From the NCBI GenBank assembly GCA_035296625.1, contig DATHAO010000049.1, forward strand, positions 3,264 through 67,263: DNA of 64,000 nt, read 5' to 3'. The notes beneath the pieces are model-generated. The model had not been told where the DNA came from, searched no databases, and saw only the letters and a program-made list of their open reading frames with translations. Source of the stretch: Acidimicrobiales bacterium (GTDB lineage: Bacteria > Actinomycetota > Acidimicrobiia > Acidimicrobiales > VFJN01). How positions within the stretch are numbered: the first letter of the stretch is position 1; every line of letters starts with the position of its first letter. The translations under genes and the position numbers were made by a program. Positions 26,717-35,720 of the stretch are shown here, one piece after another.

Positions 26717-26986
26717 ACGGTCGGGCCCAACCCGAGGCCGCCGAACCGGCACCCGCCGCACCGCGGCACACGTGCGCCGCTGGAGGGCTGGGCGGCCGGG
26801 CGCCCTGGCGGCGCGCAGCGGTCTGGCCGACGGCGATGTTGTGCGCAGGGCGGGTGTGAGCCGCCGGTTCCGCACGACATTGCCGAACGACAGCGGTCGG
26901 ACAGCGCCGGGCGCGGGCCACCCAGGCGGTGCAGGGCGGAGGCCGGACGGGCACGCGGCCGGGCCGACGAGCTCGGGCGGGAGGGG

Positions 26987-28162
26987 TCAGGTGGGGGTGG
27001 CGGCGCGGCGGAGGGCGCGCTCGAGAAGGAGCGGGTCGCCGAGACGGCGGCGCAGCTCGCGTTCCAGTCCGGCGATCGGGTGCAGGTTCTGCGGCGCCCG
27101 GGCGTCGTTGTGGGGCTGGCTGGCGAAGCGGGGCAGAGTGGCGGTGACCCGATCCGCCACCCTCACGGCGTCGTCGCGGTTGAGCTCACCCGACAGCTCG
27201 CAGCGAACGACGCCCCACCAGGCATGGGTCGCAGGCCCCGGCAATCGGAAGTACCACGAGTACCGGAACCGGTGCGCTCCGGTGGCGAACAGCGGCGTGC
27301 GCTGCCCGGCCGCCAGCTGCGTCACGACCTCCTGGCGGGCGGGCGGCAGGTACGACACGTGGTGCGCCTTCACGTAGCCCACAGCCCCCGGGATGTGGCG
27401 GCGATCGCCGAGCGGACCGTCGACGACGAGCAGGTCGTCCTCGTCGAACCGGACGTCCGCTCGGCCCAGCGGGACGCCGACACCGGCGATGCCGTCGGCC
27501 TCCACCCCGTCCTCCACCTCCACCCCACCGGGGCCCGTCGGACCCACGCCCGCAGGCCCGACCGGCTCGACCGGCCCGACCGGCGCGCCGGCGCCGCCCG
27601 AACCCGAGCCCGTACCCGCACCCCAGCCCGCAGCCGTACCCGCACCCGCAGCGACCATCACGGAGACCGGCATGGGGGCGGAGCACGACGTCCCAGCCCG
27701 GGCCTCGACGGCCACGCGGCCCTCCAGGTCGCCTCGCCCCCGCCCGAGGGCCTGACCGAGGGGATCGCCGCCGCCGTCGGGCACCGGGTACGGGTGGTAG
27801 TCCCCATGCATGGTCAGGATCGGCTCGACGCCGTCCCCGGGGCACAACACCCCCCGCCGCACCTCGGCGACAACGACCTGGGCTCGGCCATCGCAGCGCA
27901 CGGCGCCGGCACCCCAGCTGGCGCACAGGCCCTGTCGCGTCGTGCCGTCGTCGCCGGTCACCCACACACGGGCGTCGACCCGCTGGACACCGTCGACGAA
28001 GTACACCGTCCGCGGCGGGGGCACCGGGCCCGGGTCGACCGGGGCCCAGTCGTCGGGCAGCGCCTCGACCGCCAGGTCGACCGTGGCGGTCGAGGCGTCG
28101 AGCACGGCGGCGTCGACCGGCGCACCGTAGTCGGGGGCCCAGGTCTCGACGGCGAAGCGCAT
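26987..28162 (-). CDS. NurA-like nuclease candidate (divergent; would otherwise be called hypothetical)
   Basis: 391 aa. ATG 28162-28160 shares 1 nt with the sbcC stop. Motif order is YFVDGVQ ... LLVVDGPL ... VGYVKAHH ... YSWYFRL ... PQNLHPIAGLERELRRRLG. Has an internal Gly/Ala/Pro/Val-rich insert. Confidence 0.45.
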   Translation of the reverse strand: MRFAVETWAPDYGAPVDAAVLDASTATVDLAVEALPDDWAPVDPGPVPPPRTVYFVDGVQRVDARVWVTGDDGTTRQGLCASWGAGAVRCDGRAQVVVAEVRRGVLCPGDGVEPILTMHGDYHPYPVPDGGGDPLGQALGRGRGDLEGRVAVEARAGTSCSAPMPVSVMVAAGAGTAAGWGAGTGSGSGGAGAPVGPVEPVGPAGVGPTGPGGVEVEDGVEADGIAGVGVPLGRADVRFDEDDLLVVDGPLGDRRHIPGAVGYVKAHHVSYLPPARQEVVTQLAAGQRTPLFATGAHRFRYSWYFRLPGPATHAWWGVVRCELSGELNRDDAVRVADRVTATLPRFASQPHNDARAPQNLHPIAGLERELRRRLGDPLLLERALRRAATPT

Positions 28163-30654
28163 CAGGCCTCCACCCGCTCGACCGTGGCGGCGCCGCCGAC
28201 CTTGCGCACCTCGAACCGAACCGGCAGCCGCTCGGCCAGCTCGCGCACGTGCGTCACCACACCCACCATGCGCCCGCGGGCGCCCAGCTCGTCGAGGGCG
28301 GCGGCCACGATGTCGAGCGTGTCCGGGTCGAGCGTGCCGAAGCCCTCGTCGAGGAACAGCGCTTCGAGATGGGCCGAGCCACCCACGGCCAGACCCGCCA
28401 CCTGATCGGCCAGCGCGAGCGCCAGCGCCAGCGACGCTAGGAAAGTCTCGCCCCCCGACAGCGTGCGGGCCGGGCGGGTCTGCGAGGCGTTCGTGTGGTC
28501 GACCACCAGGAAGCCGCCCGTCCTCGTGTCGACGGCCAGCGAGTACCCGCCGCCGCTCAGCTCGCCGAGGATGTCGGTGGCGCCGGCCACGAGTTGGTGG
28601 ACGGCCTCGTCGAGCAGCCACTTCTCGAACCGGTTGGCGGCGAGGTGAGCGGCCAGGGTGTCGGCGACCTGGTGCTGCTCGACGGCGGCCCCGGCGTCGG
28701 ACCGCAGGCGCTCGACCTCGGCGAGCTGGGCGTCGAGGTGGTCGACGGCCTCGTCGGCTCGGGCCCGGGCGGCGGCCACGGCCTCGCCCGGCCAGGACGC
28801 GCCGACGTCGGTCACTCCCGCATCGCGGCAGGCGGCCAGCAGGGCCTCGAGCTGGGTCGCCGCCTCGGCCCGTGCGGCATCGACGGCCCGGCGCCTCTCG
28901 GCGGCGGCCTCGGCGAGCACGGGGCGGCGCTCGGCGGCCCAGGCGAGCAGGGCGTGCCAGTCGGCCGCAAGGTCGCACCGTTCGGCCGCCGGGGGCGCGA
29001 GATCGGCGACCGTGTCGCGGGCGGTGTCGAACGCCCGGCGGGCCTCGCGCTCGCGCTCGACCAGCCCGGCGTACCGCCGCTCGGCCGCCCGCCGGGCGAG
29101 CCGCGCATCACGTTCGGCCCGCCGCGCCTTCTCGAGCGTCTCCTCGGCGTCGACCACGACGGCCAGCTGCGCCTCGATGGCCGCCACGTCGATCAGCGCC
29201 GCGCCCCCATCGACGCCGGTGCCGGTGCCGGCGGATTTGACCCGCCCCGGGCGGGAGGCCGCGGACGGGGCGAGCGCCGGAGCGAGCGACGCCAGCGCGG
29301 CCCCCAAGCGGGCGTCGAGCTCGGCCAGCTCGGCGCCCACCCGCATGAGCTTCTCGTCGATGCGGGCCTGGTGGGTGCGGGCCTCGGTCAGCGCCCGGCC
29401 GGCGGTGGCTACCACGGCGTCGGCCTCGGCCAGCGCCCGCTCGGCGGCGGACAGATCTGCGGGATGATGCCCGGCCGGCAGCTCCTCAACCGCCTGCTGG
29501 CACACCGGGCACGGCTCGCCGACCGCCAGCTCGGGGACGAGGGCCAGTGCCCGCAGCTCGGCCCGGACGCGCTCGAGGTCGGCGGCGCGCTCTTCGCGGG
29601 CCCGGCGTGCGGCCTCCTCGACCTCGGCCGCGATCGCGACCCGGTCGGCCGCCTCGGCCTCCGCGCCCCGGCCCCGGCCGAGCGTGTCGACCAGGCCGGC
29701 CCGCCGCCGGTGGTCGCCGAGCAGGGCGTCCAGGGTGCGCCGGTCGGGCAGGGCGGCCAACCTCTCCTCGCCCTCGGTGACCGCGGCCACGGCGTCGTCG
29801 TCGATCTCGGCGGCCTGGTGCCGGGCGTGGTCGGCCTCGCCGACCGCAGCGGCTAGCTCGTCGACCCCGTCCGGGGCGGTGAGCGCTCCGACCCGCTCGG
29901 CCTGCTCGGCCGCGAGCTCGGACCGCTCGGCCGCCTCGACGGCCCGGGCTGCCAGCTCGTCGAGCCGGGGGCGCTCGGCCGCCAACCGGTCGCCAAGCCG
30001 GGTGAGCCGGGCGATCCGCTCGACGGCGGCGGCCCGCGCTGCGGGGGTGGCCGCGGCCAGACGGTCGAGCTGCCCGGCGACGACGTCGGCCCGGTTGCGG
30101 GCGAGCGCACCCCGTTGGCGGGCGACACTCGCGACCCGGTCGTAGAGGCCGAGGTCGAGCAGGCGGACGAGAAGGTCCTGCCGGCTGCGGGGCTTGTCGT
30201 GCAGGAACCGGGCGAACTGGCCCTGGGGCAGCGACACGCACGTCGTGAAGTGCTCGAACGTGAGGCCGAGGCGCGCGGTGACCGCCGCCGTGACCTCGTC
30301 GGCCGTGCCGGCCAGCACCTCGCCGCCGCTCTCGAGACGGGCCTCCTTGGTGGTGGCGCCGCCCGCCTTGGTCGCCCGGACGACGCGCACGGCCGTGTGA
30401 GACACGCCGTCGATCGTGAAGTCGAGCCGGACCCGCGCCTCGTTGAGGTTCTGGCTGATGACCGGCGCCACCGCCCGCCTGTCGTCGAGGCGGGGCACCG
30501 AGCCGTAGAGCGCGAACGTGAGGGCGTCGATGACGCTGGTCTTGCCGGCGCCGGTCGGCCCCGCCAGCGCGAACAGGTCGGCGCCGGCGAAGTCGACGAC
30601 CGTCGGCGCCCGGAAGGCGGTGAAGCCCTCGATCTCCAGCCGCACCGGCCTCAT
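28162..30654 (-). CDS. sbcC: SbcC/Rad50-family DSB repair ATPase
   Basis: 830 aa. Has the N-terminal GPTGAGKTSVIDA Walker A, long Ala/Glu/Arg coiled coils, the central CPVCQQ zinc hook, the C-terminal LSGGETFLASLALALAL signature and the LFLDEGFGTLD Walker B. Confidence 0.9.
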   Translation of the reverse strand: MRPVRLEIEGFTAFRAPTVVDFAGADLFALAGPTGAGKTSVIDALTFALYGSVPRLDDRRAVAPVISQNLNEARVRLDFTIDGVSHTAVRVVRATKAGGATTKEARLESGGEVLAGTADEVTAAVTARLGLTFEHFTTCVSLPQGQFARFLHDKPRSRQDLLVRLLDLGLYDRVASVARQRGALARNRADVVAGQLDRLAAATPAARAAAVERIARLTRLGDRLAAERPRLDELAARAVEAAERSELAAEQAERVGALTAPDGVDELAAAVGEADHARHQAAEIDDDAVAAVTEGEERLAALPDRRTLDALLGDHRRRAGLVDTLGRGRGAEAEAADRVAIAAEVEEAARRAREERAADLERVRAELRALALVPELAVGEPCPVCQQAVEELPAGHHPADLSAAERALAEADAVVATAGRALTEARTHQARIDEKLMRVGAELAELDARLGAALASLAPALAPSAASRPGRVKSAGTGTGVDGGAALIDVAAIEAQLAVVVDAEETLEKARRAERDARLARRAAERRYAGLVEREREARRAFDTARDTVADLAPPAAERCDLAADWHALLAWAAERRPVLAEAAAERRRAVDAARAEAATQLEALLAACRDAGVTDVGASWPGEAVAAARARADEAVDHLDAQLAEVERLRSDAGAAVEQHQVADTLAAHLAANRFEKWLLDEAVHQLVAGATDILGELSGGGYSLAVDTRTGGFLVVDHTNASQTRPARTLSGGETFLASLALALALADQVAGLAVGGSAHLEALFLDEGFGTLDPDTLDIVAAALDELGARGRMVGVVTHVRELAERLPVRFEVRKVGGAATVERVEA

Positions 30655-32063
30655 AGCAGCCGCCGCTGGCCGGGTGCCCCGGACGGCCGCTCCGCGGCGC
30701 CGGCCGCCTCCGCCGGACGGCCGGACCGCCCGGCCCCGATCGCCACCGGCTCGGGCTCGGCCGAACGCCCGGCGTGCTCTCCATCGGGCTCGGCGGAGCG
30801 CCCGACCGGCGGGCCATCGGGCTCGGCGGCTCGCTCGGGATGGGCCCCGCCGGCGGAGTCGGGCGCGACGTCGTCGGCGGCGTCGACATCGATGTCGTCC
30901 TCGAGCGGCTCGCTGGTCATCTCGTCGACCAGCTCGTCGAACAGGCGGACCACCCGCTCGTCCGCGGCGTCATGGTCGTCGAGGTACTCGGCGAACAGGT
31001 CGTGCGGGGTCCGGCGCAGCCGGTCGGGATCGGACCGGCGCCGCGCCTCGTCGCCCTCCCGAGGCGCCAGCACGACCTCGACGGCGTCGGGTACTTGGGC
31101 CCGGATTTCGTCGGCGAGACCGGCCCGGGCGGACTCGTCCAGCACGATGCGCAGGTGGGCGTCGCCCACGACGGCCGGGTCGGCCGCCCGGGCCAGCACG
31201 TCGGCCAGCGTGCCCCGCAGCGTGCGCAGCCGGCGGCCGGCCCTGAGCGGGACACCCCGCACGGTCGCGGGTAGGCCGGGCCGCAGCTCCACCACGTTGA
31301 CCGCGGGGTCGTTGGCCGTCTCGCCGAAGTCGAGCTGCAACGGCGAGCCGCAGTAGTGCAGCGGCGCCGGCCCGGGCAACCGCTGGGCCCGGTGGAGGTG
31401 GCCGAGCGCCACGTACTGGGCGGCGCCGGGGAACGCGGTGGCCGGCACCCAGTAGTCGAACACCGTGTGAGCGCCGCGCTCGCCGCCGCCCAGCTCGCCG
31501 CCCATGACCGTGAGATGGGCGACGACGAGGTTCACCGTGTCGCCACGGAACCCGGCGGTGAGGGCGTGGAGGATGCGCCCGACCCGGTCGCGGTAGGTCT
31601 GGTTCGCGTCGGCGGCGTCGCCGGCGAGCAGCTGGTCGGCGGTGACGACGTAGCGCTGGGAGGGGAACGGCACCAGGGCGACGAGGGCCGTGTGGCCGCC
31701 GCCGTCGACCTCGAGCACGCCACCGTCGGTCGGCGGCCGGATGGACGGGGCCACGTGGATGCCGCTCGCCGAGGACAGCGGCGCCACCGCCCCGAGCCGC
31801 TGGGCCGAGTCGTGATTGCCGGAGATGACGACCACGGGCCGGCCACCGGCGGCCAGGTCGAGCAGCGCCCGGTAGACGATGCGCTCCGCCTCGGCTGTGG
31901 GGGTGGACGTGTCGAACAGGTCGCCGGCCACGATGACGAGGTCGACCGACTCGGCGTCGGCGATGCCGGCGATCTCGGTGAGCACGGCCTGGTGCTCGGC
32001 CGCCCGGGACCGCCCGCGCAGGGCCTTGCCGACGTGCCAGTCGGAGGTGTGGAGGAGCTTCAC
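30651..32063 (-). CDS. sbcD: SbcD/Mre11-family nuclease
   Basis: GTG 32063. Contains MKLLHTSDWHVG, VIVAGDLFD, SGNHD and GHLH phosphoesterase motifs. Shares an ATGA overlap with sbcC. Has an acidic/low-complexity C-terminal tail of about 90 aa. Confidence 0.9.
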   Translation of the reverse strand: MKLLHTSDWHVGKALRGRSRAAEHQAVLTEIAGIADAESVDLVIVAGDLFDTSTPTAEAERIVYRALLDLAAGGRPVVVISGNHDSAQRLGAVAPLSSASGIHVAPSIRPPTDGGVLEVDGGGHTALVALVPFPSQRYVVTADQLLAGDAADANQTYRDRVGRILHALTAGFRGDTVNLVVAHLTVMGGELGGGERGAHTVFDYWVPATAFPGAAQYVALGHLHRAQRLPGPAPLHYCGSPLQLDFGETANDPAVNVVELRPGLPATVRGVPLRAGRRLRTLRGTLADVLARAADPAVVGDAHLRIVLDESARAGLADEIRAQVPDAVEVVLAPREGDEARRRSDPDRLRRTPHDLFAEYLDDHDAADERVVRLFDELVDEMTSEPLEDDIDVDAADDVAPDSAGGAHPERAAEPDGPPVGRSAEPDGEHAGRSAEPEPVAIGAGRSGRPAEAAGAAERPSGAPGQRRLL

Positions 32064-32120
32064 GGCGCGACCGCCGTGACTCGCTCCGACGCCGAGAGGG
32101 CTTGCCGAACGGGCACCGGA

Positions 32121-33998
32121 TCAGCCCTGCGGGAAGCCGGCGAAGGGGTCGATCTCGGCGGGGCGCGTCGAGCCGTTCGTCCCGTGGCCGTTCGCGTGGC
32201 CGTTGCCGTTCGTGTGGCCGTGGCTGTTCGTGTGGCCGTCGCCGGCGCCCGCCTCGGCCCGGTCACCAGATCCGGCGGGGCCAGGACCGCCCGATCCGCC
32301 GGCCAGGCCCGTGGCCGCCTCGCTGGCCCGCGTGGCCCACGCCGGGAACGGGAACTGCACGACGAGCGGGATGGGCAGCTCGGGCTGGCTGACCAGCATC
32401 GTGCCCGGCTTGACGATCGTGGCCCGCAGGCGCTGCACGGGGGGCAGGAAGCCGTACTCGCCCCGAGTCGCCTCGGCCGAGTCGAGCCGGCCCACGACCC
32501 GGATGGCGGAGTTCGCCACGATGCGCCGCTCGACCTCGCTCGCCGTCTGCTGGGCGCCGACGAGGATGATGCCGAGGGACCGCCCCCGCTCGGCCACGTC
32601 GAGCAGGATCTCCTTGATCGGGCTCGATCCCTCGCGGGGGGCGTACTTGTTGAGCTCGTCGAGCACGACGAACTGCAGGGGCCGGGCCTGGCCGGACCGC
32701 TCCTTGCGCTCGAACGCCTGGCCGAGCACGACCCCCACCACGAAACGCTTGGCCCGGTCGTTGAGGTTGTGCAGGTCGACGACCGTCACCTGGGCCCGGT
32801 CGAAGTCGACCTGGTGGCGCTCGGGCCGGGGCACATCGGCCCGGATGAGTGAGCGTAGGTGGGGCCGGGCGCCGTGCAATCGCCGCAGGAACGCGTTGAT
32901 CGTGCCCGCACCGATCGCCCGGCCGCCCCACTGTTCGAGCCCGTCGAGGTCCACCTTGGCGCTGATCAGCTCGACGAGGTCGTCGAACGTGCGCACGACG
33001 ATGCCGTCGATCTCGACCATCCCGTCGTCGAGCGGCTTCGCCTCGTGCTTCAGCCTGGCGGAGACGTTGTGGACGACCATCGTGTACTGCTGGCGGTCGT
33101 CCTGGCTGTCGGCGAAGAGGAACGGCAGCAGCTCGTCGGCGCAGAACTGCTGGATCGTCCAGAAGAACGACGTGACGTCGCGGGCCCGGGAGGCCACGTC
33201 GGGGCTGGCGTTCGGGTCGTCGCGGGTGGGCGGGGCGAAGAACGCCACCGACCCGAACGGCCCGGCGGGCAGGCCGAGGCGGGCGTAGCGGGCCGGCTCG
33301 TGATCGCCCAGCTCGGTGTTCGCGTGGTCGAGGAAGAGGAGATCCTCGCCCTTCACGTTGAAGATCAGCGCCTTGGTGTTGGCCGACTCGGGGCCCAGCA
33401 CCCCCGAGTGGAAGACGCTGTAGAGCAGGAAGCTGGCGTACGTCGTCTTGGTCGCCACCCCCGAGACGCCGCTGATGTTGACGTGCGCGCCCCGCGTGCC
33501 GTCGAGGAACTCGAGGTTGAGGTAGAAGGGCTCGTCGTCGCGCGACAGGCCGGCCGGCAACCGCTGGCGCATCTGGGTGAACAGCAGGGCGTCGTCGCGG
33601 TCGGCCCCGACGGCCTTGCGGACCTCTTGCCCGGGCAGCGGCGGGACGAAGATCTCGGGCTCGAACCGGGTGGCCAGCACGAGCGCCGCCTCGCTCACCT
33701 GCGCCGGGAGAACGCCGTCGGCGACGAGGAACACGTCGGAATCCATCCGGGCGCCCTCATGGCGGGCCCGGACCTGCGACACGACGCCGGAGATGCGCAG
33801 CCGCTGGCCGTCGGGAAGGGCACGGTCGACGAAGACGACGTCGTCGAGCTGGAGGTAGGAGCCCTCACCCACCCCGACCCAGAACTCGAGAGGGGTGGCG
33901 GGCTCGGTGCCGATGACGCGCCCCACCACGGGCGAGGCGGACACGGCCCCGTCGGCCGCCGGCGGGACCGCGCTCGGGGAGGGGACTGCGCTGTCCAT
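32121..33998 (-). CDS. HerA-like FtsK/HerA-superfamily ATPase
   Basis: 625 aa. Has an N-terminal barrel-like region (VGRVIGTEP..LEFWV...YLQLDDVVFV), the P-loop segment NISGVSGVATKTT, the Walker B LQFVVLDELNKYAP, and GRSLGIILVGAQQ further downstream. Sits 57 nt upstream of sbcD. Confidence 0.65.
   Translation of the reverse strand: MDSAVPSPSAVPPAADGAVSASPVVGRVIGTEPATPLEFWVGVGEGSYLQLDDVVFVDRALPDGQRLRISGVVSQVRARHEGARMDSDVFLVADGVLPAQVSEAALVLATRFEPEIFVPPLPGQEVRKAVGADRDDALLFTQMRQRLPAGLSRDDEPFYLNLEFLDGTRGAHVNISGVSGVATKTTYASFLLYSVFHSGVLGPESANTKALIFNVKGEDLLFLDHANTELGDHEPARYARLGLPAGPFGSVAFFAPPTRDDPNASPDVASRARDVTSFFWTIQQFCADELLPFLFADSQDDRQQYTMVVHNVSARLKHEAKPLDDGMVEIDGIVVRTFDDLVELISAKVDLDGLEQWGGRAIGAGTINAFLRRLHGARPHLRSLIRADVPRPERHQVDFDRAQVTVVDLHNLNDRAKRFVVGVVLGQAFERKERSGQARPLQFVVLDELNKYAPREGSSPIKEILLDVAERGRSLGIILVGAQQTASEVERRIVANSAIRVVGRLDSAEATRGEYGFLPPVQRLRATIVKPGTMLVSQPELPIPLVVQFPFPAWATRASEAATGLAGGSGGPGPAGSGDRAEAGAGDGHTNSHGHTNGNGHANGHGTNGSTRPAEIDPFAGFPQG
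32173..32240 (-). repeat. short-period repeat (GTGGCCGTT-type) encoding the His/Asn/Gly-rich C-terminal tail of the HerA-like protein
   Basis: The DNA is ...CCGTGGCCGTTCGCGTGGCCGTTGCCGTTCGTGTGGCCGTGGCTGTTCGTGTGGCCGTC... It translates on the minus strand to GHTNSHGHTNGNGHANGHGTNG. Confidence 0.8.
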
Positions 33999-34083
33999 GC
34001 CGGGAACGCTAGTGGCGCCCTGTGACAGCGACGGTGACCCCCCGGCGCTGGTGCCGGAGCCGGCTCGCTCCTAGGGTCCGGGC

Positions 34084-34797
34084 ATGGTCGATGGCAGCGA
34101 GGTCGTGTCCACGACGATCGAGGACGGCGTGGCCGTCGTGCGGTTCGACGACGGGAAGGCCAACGTGCTGTCGCACGCCTCGATCGCGGCGCTCGGCCGC
34201 GCCCTCGACCGAGCCGAGCTCGACGCCCGGGCCGTCTGCATCGTCGGGCGGCCGGGGAGGATGTCGGCCGGCTTCGACCTCTCGGTCATGACCCAGGGTC
34301 CCAAGGCGGCCCGACACCTCGTCATGGAGGGCGGCGACCTGCTCATGCGGCTCTTCATGCACCCCCAGCCGGTGGTGGCGGCCGTGACCGGCCACGCCCT
34401 GGCCGCCGGGGCGCTCCTGGTGCTGTCCTGCGACGTGCGGATCGGGGCCGACGTGCCCGCGAAGATCGGGCTCAACGAGACGTCGATCGGCATGCCCCTC
34501 CCTCTCTTCGCGCTCGAGCTGGCCCGTGACCGGCTGGATCCCCGCCATCTGACCCGGGCCACGCTGGCGGCCGAGGTCTACGACCCCCACGGCGCCGTGG
34601 CCGCCGGCTACCTGGACCGGGTCGTCGCGGCGGACGCCCTCGTCGCCGAGGCCACGGCCGAGGCCGCGCGCCTCGGCGAGTACTCGACGTCGGCCTACGC
34701 CCAGAGCAAGCAGGTGCTGCGGCAGCCGACCATCGACCGGGTGACCGAGGGCGGGGCCGCGGACCTCGAGCGGTTCGTCGTCGAGACCGGCGGCTGA
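34084..34797 (+). CDS. enoyl-CoA hydratase/isomerase (crotonase) family protein
   Basis: 237 aa. Contains VVRFDDGKANVLS...IVGRPGRMSAGFDL...VAAVTGHALAAGALLVLSCD, a crotonase fold signature. Confidence 0.8.
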   Translation: MVDGSEVVSTTIEDGVAVVRFDDGKANVLSHASIAALGRALDRAELDARAVCIVGRPGRMSAGFDLSVMTQGPKAARHLVMEGGDLLMRLFMHPQPVVAAVTGHALAAGALLVLSCDVRIGADVPAKIGLNETSIGMPLPLFALELARDRLDPRHLTRATLAAEVYDPHGAVAAGYLDRVVAADALVAEATAEAARLGEYSTSAYAQSKQVLRQPTIDRVTEGGAADLERFVVETGG

Positions 34798-34859
34798 GGC
34801 CGGGCCCCCGGCGGTGGGACGCCCCGGCGGAGGGCACCCGCGGGCGCGCCGGACCGGCG

Positions 34860-35693
34860 CTACGCGGACGGGCGGGGGCGCTGCGGCGGGATGGTGTCGC
34901 CGACCATCTCGGCGGCCACCTCGGCCACCCGCCGGCGCTGCGACCGGGCCAGGCGGCGGACGTGCTCGAACGCGGTCACCGCGTCGAGGTCATGGCGTCC
35001 CATGACCAGGCCCACCGCCCGCTCGATGACGACCCGGCTCTCGAGTGCGTGCTGCAGCTGCTCGACGAGGCGGCCCTGGTGCTCGTTCAACACCGCCTCC
35101 CCGAGGTGCCCGTCGACCAGTCGGGTGAAGGCGCACAGGGCGTTCACCTCGCTGTCATCCCACTGGTGGGGTGCCTCGCAGTAGGCGTTGAGCGACCCGA
35201 CGGCGACCGGACCGACACGCACCGGCACGCCGAGCACCGAGCCGATTCCCGCGGGCACCACGATGTCGGCCAGCCCCGGCCACCGCTCGTCGTGAGTGAA
35301 GTCGTGCACGATCACGACGCGGTCGTGCACGAGCGAGTCGATGCAGGGCCCATAGCCGAGCTGCTCCTGCGCGACCTCGAGCACCCGTCCGGGCTCGTCG
35401 GTCGACACGACGTAGCGAGAGGTCTCGGTCTCGTCGACGAACATCAGCCCGGCGCCGGTCACGCCGAACACGGCGACCACCCCGTCGACGATCTGGCCGA
35501 GGGCGGCCTCGAGCCCACCGGCGTGCTCCAGGTCCTTCAGCCCCTTGAGCGTGGTCGCCAGGCCTGCCGCGTCGACGTGCGGGGTGCGGCGGCCCTCCCG
35601 CTCCATGTCTTCACGGTCCACGGCATCCACTTTGGCAGGCCGCCACCGACCGGCGCACCCCCCGATTCCGGCGGGCCCGCTGGGTGCCGCCAC
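34860..35693 (-). CDS. GAF + ANTAR domain RNA-binding regulator
   Basis: Has a central GAF-like region, then the C-terminal LQHALESRVVIERAVGLVMGRHDLDAVTAFEHVRRLARSQRRRVAEVA (ANTAR). The start is uncertain; the internal MEREGRR at about 35600 is possible. Confidence 0.8.
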   Translation of the reverse strand: MAAPSGPAGIGGCAGRWRPAKVDAVDREDMEREGRRTPHVDAAGLATTLKGLKDLEHAGGLEAALGQIVDGVVAVFGVTGAGLMFVDETETSRYVVSTDEPGRVLEVAQEQLGYGPCIDSLVHDRVVIVHDFTHDERWPGLADIVVPAGIGSVLGVPVRVGPVAVGSLNAYCEAPHQWDDSEVNALCAFTRLVDGHLGEAVLNEHQGRLVEQLQHALESRVVIERAVGLVMGRHDLDAVTAFEHVRRLARSQRRRVAEVAAEMVGDTIPPQRPRPSA

Positions 35694-35720
35694 GCCGCCG
35701 CGGCGTGGCGGACCCGTCGA

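Noticed and set aside
26761-26778. 18-nt near-perfect palindrome GCGGCACACGTGCGCCGC in the convergent spacer between DUF3097 and the NurA-like gene.
   Set aside because: It is a single short GC palindrome with one mismatch and no loop. Such elements arise often by chance in GC-rich DNA, and its position (3' of both genes) suggests at most a weak terminator.
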